A stretch of DNA of 63,333 nt, filler included, from Octopus bimaculoides (Eukaryota), in the NCBI RefSeq assembly GCF_001194135.2. It is 8 parts of 6 records of this genome, joined end to end, with 100 filler letters (N's around TTAATTAATTAA, not from the genome) between each part and the next. Parts side by side here need not be neighbours in the genome. Positions count along the whole stretch, not along the records: positions 9,082 to 13,958 come from NC_069000.1; positions 14,059 to 32,924 come from NC_068995.1; 6 more parts are not named here. One strand, 5' to 3'. The notes under the pieces were generated by a model, which did no database searches, was not told where the DNA came from, and saw only the letters and a list, made by a program, of their open reading frames with translations. The translations under genes and the position numbers were made by a program. How positions within the stretch are numbered: the stretch's first letter is position 1; every line of letters starts with the position of its first letter. Below are positions 13,681-26,498 of this stretch, one piece after another.

Positions 13681-13958
13681 GAAAGAAGCCCGATGTATAT
13701 ATATATATATATATATATAAATATGTATGTGAGTGTATATGTTTGTGTGTCTGTGTTTGTCCCCCCAACATTGCTTGACAACCGATGCTGGTGCGTTTAC
13801 GTCATCGTAACTTAGCGGTTCGGCAAAAAGAGGCCGATAGAATGAGTACTAGGCTTACAAAGAATAAGTCCTGTGGTCGATTTGCTCGACTAAAGGTGAT
13901 GCTCCAGCATGGCCGCAGTCAAATGACTGAAACATGTAAAAGAATAAACGAATATATG
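13677..13958 (+). mobile_element. SINE family A 3' two-thirds, with internal TA/TG microsatellite
   Basis: aaactgaaagaagccc-[microsatellite]-tgtgtttgtccccccaac...ccagcatggccgcagtcaaatgactgaaac; many copies in the window. Confidence 0.85.
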
Positions 13959-14158
13959 NNNNNNNNNNNNNNNNNNNNNNNNNNNNNNNNNNNNNNNNNN
14001 NNTTAATTAATTAANNNNNNNNNNNNNNNNNNNNNNNNNNNNNNNNNNNNNNNNNNNNTATATATATATATATATATACATGCACACACTCACACACACA
14101 CACGTATCTATATGGACATATACGTATAGATTATATGTATAAATGTACCCACGAACAC

Positions 14159-14199
<41 letters not shown>

Positions 14200-15293
14200 T
14201 GCACACCCCGCACACAAACGCACATACACAAGCATACAATTACATGAGCACGCACACACGTACCTACTCATATGTACCCATACATAAATACATATACGTA
14301 CACACATATTTATATGCATGTGTACGTATGTACACTCTAGTACGTATATGTCTCTGTATGTGTATATAAGAGAGAGAGAGGGGGAGAGAGCTAGGGAGAG
14401 AGAGCTTGAGAGAGAGAGAGGGGGGAGCGAGGGAGAAAGAGAGAGGGGCGAAGAGAGAGAAAGTGATTTATGCATGATTTCTATACACATTTACAGGTTT
14501 AAACGAACAGGCATACATACATATACACAGATATACACACCCCAACCTAACCTACCCCAGCCACCCACAGAGTTTTGCAGACTAGCATGGAAATCAAATT
14601 GAAATGACGAGTGGATATGTTTGCAAGTAGCAGCACACAGGCAATGCACCGAAATCCACATCAACTCATTGTATATTTAAACCGAACACTTAATTCTACC
14701 TTACCCCAGTTGACCTACTTCTCAAGGAACAGGTAGCAGGTAGTCTGGAAGTGATATCTGGAATAATCTGCCGTGCTGAGTGGGGTGAGATGTTATNNNN
14801 NNNNNNNNNNNNNNNNNNNNNNNNNNNNNNNNNNNNNNNNNNNNNNNNNNNNNNNNNNNNNNNNNNNNNNNNNNNNNNNNNNNNNNNNNNNNNNNNNNNN
14901 NNNNNNNNNNNNNNNNNNNNNNNNNNNNNNNNNNNNNNNNNNNNNNNNNNNNNNNNNNNNNNNNNNNNNNNNNNNNNNNNNNNNNNNNNNNNNNNNNNNN
15001 NNNNNNNNNNNNNNNNNNNNNNNNNNNNNNNNNNNNNNNNNNNNNNNNNNNNNNNNNNNNNNNNNNNNNNNNNNNNNNNNNNNNNNNNNNNNNNNNNNNN
15101 NNNNNNNNNNNNNNNNNNNNNNNNNNNNNNNNNNNNNNNNNNNNNNNNNNNNNNNNNNNNNNNNNNNNNNNNNNNNNNNNNNNNNNNNNNNNNNNNNNNN
15201 NNNNNNNNNNNNNNNNNNNNNNNNNNNNNNNNNNNNNNNNNNNNNNNNNNNNNNNNNNNNNNNNNNNNNNNNNNNNNNNNNNNNNNNNNNNNN

Positions 15294-15555
15294 GCGAGTA
15301 AAAATAAATACAAAAAAGGTGGGTTTTTTTGTATGATTGTGTATAGAGGAATATATTATTTTGCTTAAAAGAGTTCCAACACTGTCTGTTTTTTATGTTT
15401 TATTTATATTCCTGCAGAACTAATGTGGGGTATAGAATATGGAATATACAATATACAATATAAAATAAAATAAAATAAAAATGGATGGCACCATGAAAGA
15501 AAGTATTGAATGTAGATGAAATATTGAGTGTTCAATATAAAGGATCAAATATATA

Positions 15556-15563
<8 letters not shown>
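15294..15563 (+). repeat. About 270-bp segment nearly identical to 56790-57079
   Basis: Direct comparison shows a few substitutions and one AT-rich indel. Confidence 0.9.
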
Positions 15564-15587
<24 letters not shown>

Positions 15588-15744
15588 AAGGCGACACACG
15601 CGCGCGCGCATATATACGTATATATATTTATAGATATATATAAATACATACACACACTTACACTCGAACACATACTCATATCTATCTATCTATCTATCTA
15701 GACAGACAGACAGACAGACAGACAGTCAGACAGACAGGCAGGCA

Positions 15745-15785
<41 letters not shown>

Positions 15786-15804
15786 TAGCAGGTAGGCAGG
15801 TAGG

Positions 15805-15836
<32 letters not shown>

Positions 15837-15942
15837 TTCTGTGTGTTGAAGACGGAAATCCGAGTTGATCAGCAATTCAAGTGAGACTCAGTCTTGAATA
15901 AATATATGCGATTCCACTTTGCTGGGCGATATTAAAACAGCC

Positions 15943-16135
15943 AGCTGGCAGAACCATTATGTCCACCGTGCAAAATGCTGAGTGGCATTTCGTTCGTCTT
16001 TAGGTTCTGAGTTCAAATTCCGCCGAGGTCAACTTTGCCTTTCATCCTTTCCGGGCTGGAACACTGAGCTCGATGCAATTCGACTGAGCCTCTACCCCGA
16101 ACTCGCTGGGCCTGTGCCATAATTTGAAACCAATA
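15943..16135 (+). mobile_element. SINE family B copy
   Basis: agctggcagaacc...gttctgagttcaaattccgccgaggtcaactttgcctttcatcctttc. Confidence 0.8.
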
Positions 16136-16229
16136 TTGAATACTTCGCTCGTTACATTTTCACATGCCATCCTATATCATCAAACTACCTCGCAATACAT
16201 GTACATACATACCTCCATACATACATACA

Positions 16230-16261
<32 letters not shown>

Positions 16262-16681
16262 CACATGCATGCATGCATACAACCACACCCGCATATAAAT
16301 ATATATATATATGTGCATAGCTATATATGCATGTGTGTATGTATGTATGTTCATATATATGTATGTATATTGAACCGGCTCAGCGGGTGTAAATTAATTA
16401 AAATTTAATACACTATAAAAAAAAATGATGCTGAGGAAGAGGAGAGGGAGGGTGATGGTGGTGGTGATGGTGATGATGATGATGATGATGATGACGATTA
16501 TGGTGACGATTATGGTGATGATGATGGAAGATGAGGAGGTGGTGGTAGCAAAAGAAGAAGAGTCATCAGTGGAGAAGAACTAAGTCATTAATTCCTGTAA
16601 TCCATCTAAATACACACGAACATATGCATATGTAGACGCAGGATGTGACATACAGACACTCACATAGACACACACTCACAC

Positions 16682-16728
<47 letters not shown>

Positions 16729-17495
16729 TGTACAGACATGCACACATATACACACATATACACACACGTCATAAAGGTGCGCGCGCTCACATACACATGC
16801 TCATCATACATAGAAACATACACACATGAACACACGCAGACAGACGCACACACTTATCATACATGCACACACATACTCAGTATACACGCACACACATACG
16901 GCATACACGCACACACATACGGCATACACGCACACACACATGTGTACACATGTGTACATATATACATACACTCGCNNNNNNNNNNNNNNNNNNNNNNNNN
17001 NNNNNNNNNNNNNNNNNNNNNNNNNNNNNNNNNNNNNNNNNNNNNNNNNNNNNNNNNNNNNNNNNNNNNNNNNNNNNNNNNNNNNNNNNNNNNNNNNNNN
17101 NNNNNNNNNNNNNNNNNNNNNNNNNNNNNNNNNNNNNNNNNNNNNNNNNNNNNNNNNNNNNNNNNNNNNNNNNNNNNNNNNNNNNNNNNNNNNNNNNNNN
17201 NNNNNNNNNNNNNNNNNNNNNNNNNNNNNNNNNNNNNNNNNNNNNNNNNNNNNNNNNNNNNNNNNNNNNNNNNNNNNNNNNNNNNNNNNNNNNNNNNNNN
17301 NNNNNNNNNNNNNNNNNNNNNNNNNNNNNNNNNNNNNNNNNNNNNNNNNNNNNNNNNNNNNNNNNNNNNNNNNNNNNNNNNNNNNNNNNNNTATGGCGAC
17401 GACGGTGGTGGTGGTGGTGATCGTCGTGGTCGTTGTCGGGGTAGTGGTGGTAGTGGTGGTGATAAAGAACGACGACGATGAAGATGATGATGGTT

Positions 17496-17546
<51 letters not shown>

Positions 17547-17990
17547 TATGATGATGATGGTGATGGTGGTGGTGATGGTGGTGGAAGTGGTGATATTAGT
17601 AGTGGTGGTCTTGGTGGTGATGAAGACGACGACGACGACGATGATGATGATGATGATGGTGGTTATGATGATGATGATGATGATGACGATGATGATGACG
17701 ACTATACATTGTATATGGAAAAGAATTTGTCTCCTGTAAATTCCCTCCATCCGTCGAGATTGAAATTTCTACACAGAACAAAAAAAAAAGAGGGTGGGAG
17801 GGGGGCTGGTGAAGGTACTCAGGGGTTTATTGTTGTTGTGGTTGTGGTTAGCTTTTCTTCTTCCTTTCTCTTCTACTCTCTCTACATTTCACTCTATTTA
17901 TCTGTCCGCTGTCTGTCTGCCTGCCCTCTCTCTCTCTCTTTCTCTCTCTCTTTCCCTTTGTCTCTCTGTTTTTCTATTTATCTGTTTATC

Positions 17991-18087
<97 letters not shown>

Positions 18088-19005
18088 ATGTCTCTCCGAG
18101 ATTGTCTTTTTGTGTCTTATTCTGTCTCTTTGTCTCTGTCTCTGTCTCTCTCTGTCTGTGTGTAGATAGATAGATAGAAAGATAGATATTTTACTGTCTG
18201 CATTTCTCTCTGTCTCTTGTAGTCTGTACATTGTTTGTCTCCTTGTCTCTCTGTCCCCCTGTCTCCATGTATCCATGTCTCACCGCCATCTCTGCTTTTC
18301 TTCAAAGACCTCTCCCCACCCCTTCGTCTCTCTCGCTCGCTCTCTCTCTCTCTCCCCAGCCCCGTATCTATGATCCTACACCTACCCTATCTTTCTGTTC
18401 TCAGCTGTTGTGTTTCCAACGTTATCTAGGGAGACACTAAGGCTTACGTAACAAAGCAATGAGAATTAGAGATAGGAAAAAAAAAAGAAACAACTACAAC
18501 GAGACCAGCAGTTATTGAGGCAGCCCGCAGCTAGTGTTAGATTCACAACACACAACCTAAATGACATTAAGTAACACACTGGGGGATGGCGGAGAAAGGG
18601 TAAAGTGGGGTGGTGGAACGATTTCCTTCTTTAACTACATGTATAGGGAAACAGCAAGAATGTGAAGAAGAGAGATGGGCGGTGGGAAATGGAGGCAGTT
18701 ATGGATCCTAATTTCAGAAAGTTGCCTGATTCTTCAGATATTAATCTCGGGAAGTCTGAGACCATTTTGACGGAGAGGGCATCGTTGTGGTCGTTGGAAC
18801 TGGCAGCAAATACCAATTAAAAGACCAGTTATAGACACTGAGTAATAATGCAGTTATATATACGTGTATGTCTGAAGAAAAACAATGAAAGAAGAAATGG
18901 TTATGGTTAAAACATTTTGATCATATATCTGCTAAATTTGAACTGACCTGGCGTTTCAAAAACAGTAACAGTAATAACGACATAACAACAGCAATGCTGC
19001 TGCTG

Positions 19006-19036
<31 letters not shown>

Positions 19037-19370
19037 TACTATTACTAGATAACGAAGAAGCCTTATGGAGGCGATCGATGAGATTTGGCTGCTAGAAAAA
19101 GAGGCCAAATCTCATCCACCGCAAATAGTATGAACAACGACACCAACAACAATAATAATTTCTGATTTAGGCTCGAGATCAGCAATTTTTGAAAGACCTG
19201 AAATTTTAGTTGGTTACATGGACCACGGTCAGTTCTTGGCTGGTAGGGTATTTTATCGAAAGGATGAAAGACATAGTCGACCTCAGTGGAATTTGAACCC
19301 AGAACAAAATACGGCTAAGCTTTTTATCTGATGATTATACTAGCTCACTGCTTTCATAATAATAATAATA

Positions 19371-19849
19371 GGTTAAAAACCAGAAACAATAAGAAAGATT
19401 ATCTGACTGTCAAGGGATGATTTTGCATGGTAGATTCCAAAAAGGCAGTGACAGGAAATAGTAATAGTGTGACATGGTTATGGTTGCAAAAAGGAAGGTT
19501 GAAAAGAGAGACAGAATGTTTGTTAGTGGCAGCACAAGATCAAACATTGAGGACTAATCGGATAAAAGCCAAGATAAATAAAGATTCCCAATGTAGGTTA
19601 TGTAAATGAAAGAAGGAAAGTGTTACTCATATAGTTAGTGAGTGTAGTTTGTTGACACAGAAAGAATACAAGAAAAGACATGATAACCTAGGGAGAATAA
19701 TCCATTGGGAGTTATGTAAAAAGCTAGGATTTGACCATACAGATAAGTCGGATGATCATGTACCTAGTAAACTGCTAGAAAGTAAGAATATAAGATGTGG
19801 GATTTTAATATTCAGGCTGACAGTATATTAGAAGCTAGAAGGTCTGATT

Positions 19850-19922
<73 letters not shown>

Positions 19923-20304
19923 GGTGGTGGAGAAAGAGAATAGAAAGTGCCAGGTAATGGATCTTACTGTTCCAAATGATGAGAAAGTGAATATGTGAGG
20001 TGTCGAGAAAATAACAAAGTACCAGGACCTAGCCATTGAGTTACAGAGGTTATGGAATGAGCGAGTGAAATGTATCCCTGTAGTTATAAGTGCATTTGGA
20101 ACAATTCTTAAAGATTTGAACAGATGGATAGAGGAAATAGGCATCAAACCTAGTTTAGTAGAACTTCACAAAACAGTATTATTAGGGACAATTAGGATAT
20201 TTAGGAAGGTTGTTGGCATCTAATATCACTTGTTGTATCGCGACGTTAGCAATTTGTCCCCCACTAGTCTAATGTGTTGTGCTTATATAAAATAACAACA
20301 ATAA
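19371..20304 (+). mobile_element. R4/Dong-type non-LTR retrotransposon, 5'-truncated copy A (CCHC knuckle, restriction-like endonuclease, 3' end)
   Basis: TWLWLQKGRLKRETECLLVAAQDQTLRTN..CRLCK..THIVSEC..YKKRHD..WDFNIQAD..RRSDLV..DLTVP..EKITKYQDL..LGTIRIFRKV. Preceded by (TAA)n; TAA-like tail. Confidence 0.9.
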
Positions 20305-20590
20305 TAGCCCCGAAACAATTCATTAGGACTAATCTGATAAAAAAAAAGATCAACAAAACCCAGAAACCTAGTTAGAGAGCAAATGTAGAATCTGCAGGAA
20401 AGAAGACGAAAATATTAATCATGTCTTGAGTGAGTGCAGTAAACCAGTACAAAAAGATTATAAGCACTCACATGACTGTATCGGCAAAAGAGTGCATTAG
20501 AATGTTAGCCGAATGCGTGACTTAGAAGTTACACAGGAAAATGATATAAACACGAACCAGAGGCTGCGATACAGAATAAAAATTGCAAGA
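20305..20590 (+). mobile_element. R4/Dong-type fragment B (CCHC region, diverged subfamily)
   Basis: IRTNLI..SKCRICRKEDENINHVLSECSKPVQKDYKHSHD..YKHEPEAAIQNKNCKI. Confidence 0.75.
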
Positions 20591-20926
20591 TTGATTATTT
20601 ATTTATTTATTTATTTTGTTTCGAAAGATCTTTCTTTCAAAAATCTCTTCCCACAGGGCAAGTAACAAAATCATTTTATCCGACCATTATGGTTCTGGTC
20701 GACTAAAGAACAATAGACGAACTTGGTGGAACAATAAAAAAAAGCAAAAAACAGACTTCTAATAAGGAAAACAAAGTACAAACTCAAGGACCTTCCAAAA
20801 TACGTCCAACAATAATAGTAAATTTTTTTCTAATTTTGACATAATTTTGAGGAGAGGGGCAACTTGACTATATCGATCCCAGTACTTGACTGGTACTTTA
20901 ATAGTGATCATAACAACAACAACCAC

Positions 20927-20998
<72 letters not shown>

Positions 20999-20999
<1 letters not shown>

Positions 21000-21665
21000 T
21001 ACAAGTAACTGTAGAATATGTCGTGATGGAGAAGAAACAATAAATCATATTATCTCTGGCTGCCCAGTCCTGGCTAAGAAGGAATATATTCACAGACACG
21101 ATAGAGTTGGGACCTATATACACTGAAAGCTATGTCGACACTATGGAATAACAACAGAAAAAAAGATGGTGTAGGCACACCCCAGAAGAGGTCTCAGAAA
21201 ATGATAAAGCAAACATACCATGGGATATGCCAATACATACAGATAGAGAAATCAAGGTTAATCGACCGGTTATAGTTGTAAGAGATCACCAAGAGAAAAA
21301 ATTCTTTCTAACCGATGTATCAATACCAACAGATGACAAGTATCTCTAAAAGAAACGGAGAAACTATCAAAATACAAAGACCTGGAAATAGAGATAACTC
21401 GAATGTGGCATTTAAAAATGGAAACAATTTCTATAATAGTAGGTGTATTAGGTATGATAAAAATACATTCATAGAAATACACATCCAAAACACCAAAGGT
21501 ATATAACATACAGAAAATAGTACTACCAGGTATCGCGCATATCCTACGTAAAAGCACTTTCAATACAGTGAAAATAAGAGCACCACAACAAACCACAGCA
21601 CATACCCAAGGCACACAGAGCTGCGCACGGTAGTGTAGTGAAAGTACGTGATAAAAATAAGACTA

Positions 21666-21669
<4 letters not shown>
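20999..21669 (+). mobile_element. R4/Dong-type copy C, 5'-truncated, with intact-looking 3' UTR, flanked by (TAA)n on both sides
   Basis: CRICRDGEETINHIISGCPVLAKKEYIHRHD..WDMPIHTDREIKVNRPVIVV..DVSIP..EKLSKYKDLEIEI. (TAA)n at about 20930-20998 and 21670-21745. Confidence 0.9.
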
Positions 21670-21745
<76 letters not shown>

Positions 21746-21747
<2 letters not shown>

Positions 21748-22165
21748 GCCCAGTATTTACATGGTAAATACTGGGCTAAACTAAATGTAAAAGCAATAGA
21801 CAGCGAAAAATCCCAGCAATGGTTGAGAAGCTCAGGACTCAAAGCAGAGACTGAAGTATTTTTAATTGCTGCACAAGACCAAAGCCTCCCCACCAGAAAT
21901 TACCAAAATATATAATGAAAAGAAACATAACAAGTAACTGCAGAATATGTGGAGATGGACAAGAAACAATAAATCATATTATCTCTGGCTGCCCAGTCCT
22001 GGCTAAGAAGGAATATATTCACAGACACGACAGAGCTGGGACCTATATACACTGGAAGCTATGCCAACACTATGGAATAACAACAGAAAAAAGATGGTAT
22101 AAACACACGCCAGAAAAGGTCACAGAAAACGAGAAAGCAACCATACTCTAGGATATGCCAATACA
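21746..22165 (+). mobile_element. R4/Dong-type copy D (same subfamily as C), cut by an assembly gap
   Basis: LHGKYWAKL..SQQWLRSSGLKAETEVFLIAAQDQSLPTRNY..CRICGDGQETINHIISGC; about 90% identical to C over the overlap by eye. Confidence 0.9.
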
Positions 22166-22714
22166 NNNNNNNNNNNNNNNNNNNNNNNNNNNNNNNNNNN
22201 NNNNNNNNNNNNNNNNNNNNNNNNNNNNNNNNNNNNNNNNNNNNNNNNNNNNNNNNNNNNNNNNNNNNNNNNNNNNNNNNNNNNNNNNNNNNNNNNNNNN
22301 NNNNNNNNNNNNNNNNNNNNNNNNNNNNNNNNNNNNNNNNNNNNNNNNNNNNNNNNNNNNNNNNNNNNNNNNNNNNNNNNNNNNNNNNNNNNNNNNNNNN
22401 NNNNNNNNNNNNNNNNNNNNNNNNNNNNNNNNNNNNNNNNNNNNNNNNNNNNNNNNNNNNNNNNNNNNNNNNNNNNNNNNNNNNNNNNNNNNNNNNNNNN
22501 NNNNNNNNNNNNNNNNNNNNNNNNNNNNNNNNNNNNNNNNNNNNNNNNNNNNNNNNNNNNNNNNNNNNNNNNNNNNNNNNNNNNNNNNNNNNNNNNNNNN
22601 NNNNNNNNNNNNNNNNNNNNNNNNNNNNNNNNNNNNNNNNNNNNNNNNNNNNNNNNNNNNNNNNNNNNNNNNNNNNNNNNNNNNNNNNNNNNNNNNNNNN
22701 NNNNNNNNNNNNNN

Positions 22715-22811
<97 letters not shown>

Positions 22812-22896
22812 GTACAAGACCAACAATTTCGAGGGTACTTATTTTATCGACACCGAAAGGATGAAAGGCAAAGTCTACCTCTGCAGAACTCAGAAT

Positions 22897-22972
<76 letters not shown>

Positions 22973-23109
22973 TGATGATAATAATGATCATGATGATTTC
23001 TTTTATTGGCCACAAGGGTCCAAGACATAGAGGACAATATTGAAGGACGGGTTACAGCACAAAAAGAATTACAAAAACATGTGGGGGTTGTGATGAAAGT
23101 CACGACACC

Positions 23110-24440
23110 CCCTTGCGAGAAATAGACTGGACCGAGCGATTATAAATAATACTTGAAGAAGCGAACCAAGATTTAACCCTTCAGACTGTTGCAGAAGAGT
23201 GTCAAAGGGTGGTGAACCTGAAAGACGACGTAAGAAAAATTCAAGGAAAGGATTTCGCAAAAATAGATATGTGGAACGAGAAAGAATAACAAAAGAAAAT
23301 TGTCAGGTCCTAATCCATGTTATGTATGTGGAGGCCTACATTTCAGAAAAGATTGTCTTTTTAAAAACCAAAAATGTTACAGTTGTCACACTGCAGAACA
23401 AAATTACGAAGGTCAAATGTAAAAAATTCTAAAGTACTCTCAGCAGAAAGTAAAATTTCCTTACAAATACAAATTTCATTATTTCCTAAATGACGAAATT
23501 TGTACACGTAAAACTAAACAATAAATATTAAATTACAACAGGATACTGGTAGTGACATTTCAATCATTAACACCGACGCGTGGGAGAAAATAAGGAAACT
23601 GCGAAAACTGCACGTGGCGTGACAGGTGACAAATTATACTTTGTAGGTGAAATGTGAAATGATGTCACATTATAAGGAAGAACTTGCAAGGCGAGAGTTT
23701 TCGTCCTAAAGAGCGCAACCAATCTGTTTGGTACCGACTGGTTTGAGAAACTTGACCTATGGGATCTTCCAATGAGTTGGTACTGCAAAAAAGAAAGAAA
23801 TTAAATGATTGCCCCACCAGTGAAAAGAACTCAACAGCTGAATTGAAGAAAAAAATTGATTAAAAACGTTATGTGTAACTTTTTTCATTGTATCTCGGAA
23901 GAGTCATTCTTTTTATAGTGCCTTATTAATTTAACACACTCACCGGTCTGATTTCCATTCATTTACTTATTATTTTTACTAAAATTTTCGTTGCGTCTTG
24001 CAACCTTTTCAATAGTCGTTGACTCTGTCCGTAATCGGAACTGCGTTATGTGTAACGTTATTCACGAACTGCTAGCGCATGATATAAAAATTAAATCCGC
24101 AGAGCATAACTGTATTACAAGAACGAAAAAAATGTTGAAAATTAAGCAAAATAAAAATGCAAATTCGAATAATTTTTCACTATGCTACTATATTTTGATG
24201 TACGCGCAAAGATTGGTAGTACCAACTGCACTAAAGAAACGACTATTACAGGAGTCCCACAGTGGACACCCGGGAATGTCGAGAATGCAAGCCTTAATGA
24301 GTAGCAATCACCCGAGGTCAAACGGGTAGGTAGAGAGATACGATGATACTTTCAAGCTAGGAATAACGTAGGAAAAAGTGAAGCGCTAACGAAATTCTTG
24401 AGGATATATAGAGTAACGCCCAATCCGAATGTCAGTTAAG
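23110..24440 (+). mobile_element. Degenerate, internally deleted Ty3/Gypsy LTR retrotransposon (gag, protease, integrase pieces)
   Basis: Gag knuckle CYVCGGLHFRKDC (about 23310-23350). Protease QDTGSDISIIN (about 23539) and NLFGTDW. Integrase zinc region RLVVPTALKKRLLQESHSGHPGMSRM, then HPRSNG*VER and FLRIYRVTPNP. No RT or RNase H seen. Confidence 0.85.
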
Positions 24441-24797
24441 TATGTCCCTTGATGGCTGACGAGATGTGCATCTCTGATCACGAGCAGGAGTAGTGGGAGA
24501 GGAGAGTACCATAGCCATGTGTTGAGAGGGAATCTTTGGAGTTTGGGGTAATTCATACTTGGAATCATAAGTGCTTCATTCATCGTCCTTAAACAACCCT
24601 TATTCAGAGATCTTTCAAGCGGGATGGGCTACTCAAACTGAAGAAAATTCTAACTGGGCCCCACCTGCAATGTCATGCGCTGTTTATCCTGATATAAGAT
24701 CACCATATAGCGTACTTATGGTTGTGATGCATGTACCTGATGTACCCTTACCAGACGGAATGTCATGATGGGTATATTGCACTTTGTAGAAGCTGCG

Positions 24798-24829
<32 letters not shown>

Positions 24830-25866
24830 GGAAGAAGAAGAAGAAGAAGAAGAAGAAGAAGAAGAAGAAGAAGAAGAAGAAGAAGAAGAAGAACAGATTT
24901 TCTCTTCGTCGTTGTTGATACATAAGAAAAACGTGTTTGGAAGGCGTTCCCAGAATAGGTGGGAATATACATACAATTATGTAAAAACGAGAGTGGCGGA
25001 GTTTATGCAGCAGACACGATTCAATATATCAAGATATAATACATTTTTTAATTATACACACATAAACTCGTGCGCGAACACACACTCACTATCTCTCTCT
25101 CTCTCTCTCTCTCTCNNNNNNNNNNNNNNNNNNNNNNNNNNNNNNNNNNNNNNNNNNNNNNNNNNNNNNNNNNNNNNNNNNNNNNNNNNNNNNNNNNNNN
25201 NNNNNNNNNNNNNNNNNNNNNNNNNNNNNNNNNNNNNNNNNNNNNNNNNNNNNNNNNNNNNNNNNNNNNNNNNNNNNNNNNNNNNNNNNNNNNNNNNNNN
25301 NNNNNNNNNNNNNNNNNNNNNNNNNNNNNNNNNNNNNNNNNNNNNNNNNNNNNNNNNNNNNNNNNNNNNNNNNNNNNNNNNNNNNNNNNNNNNNNNNNNN
25401 NNNNNNNNNNNNNNNNNNNNNNNNNNNNNNNNNNNNNNNNNNNNNNNNNNNNNNNNNNNNNNNNNNNNNNNNNNNNNNNNNNNNNNNNNNNNCGGCAAAC
25501 CACTGGTTTCATAATTAATACAGCAAAACTATGCAGTAAGCTGCATCTTTTATTCATCAGTGCACGTATTGTCAAGACACATAAAGAATAAACAAAAATC
25601 GACATACCCTGATGTACCCAACAACAGCAGCACGGCGACTTCTGTTCATCCTTATATATCCGTGAAAGAGGCGGGCTATTCAAGTTACATTTTCGGCAAA
25701 ATGTGCTTTATTTTATAATAATGCCCTTATATAGATTATATTATATATATTTATGGAAAAAAATGAGGGTTTTTTTCCTTATGAGGTTTTTTCACGCTGA
25801 CTACTTGATAAATTCTGAAAAAGATTTTATCCTTATATTATATTATATTTTATATATATATATATA

Positions 25867-26498
25867 CAGGGTGGGCAATAACGATGGGACACATTTTATA
25901 TGCTCGTATCTTGAATTATAAAAATGACATAGGGTACCAAATATATTTATTACGTAACTGATATACAGGAGTTCAACATATTATCTAACGTTTTACTATT
26001 GTTTACAGGTAGTTGGTATTGGTGACCCTCATAATGTCGTGGACTCCAAAGAAAATATATTTCACTAGCCAAAGATCCATCATCGCAGCCCAAAGAAAAT
26101 TCCGACACCATGATGGAAAACAACAATCACTGTCCCGAGAGGTGATCCTGCGTGCTGTTACAAACTTCGATGAAGCAGGTGATATCGAGGAGGAAATATC
26201 CCCGGATTGACCATGAAATTCTCGTCGTGCAGAGAACTGCCAAAGTATGGGGAACGCAATTGAACAAAGTCCTCTGATGTCCGCCCATCGATTGGCTCAA
26301 CAGCTGAATATTTCACGAACCAGTCTCAGAAGGATTTAAAAACAAGGCCTACGCTTGTATCCATATAAGGCACAGTTAGTGCAGCAATTGCTTCCGTCAG
26401 ATACGGTGTAAAGAAAGACTTTTAGTGATTAGTTTGTCAATGTGTGCAGGGAGGAAGAGGATTTTATCCATCACTTGACCACATTAGATGAAGCTCAT
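25867..26498 (+). mobile_element. Tc1/mariner-superfamily (rosa/DD41D-like) element, 5' half
   Basis: TA|CAGGGTG terminus at 25865-25873. ATG at 26034, then QRKFR..SREVILRAVTNFDEAG..SPLMSAHRLAQQLNISRTSLRRI..LYPYKAQLVQQL..DEAH, with stops. Confidence 0.8.
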
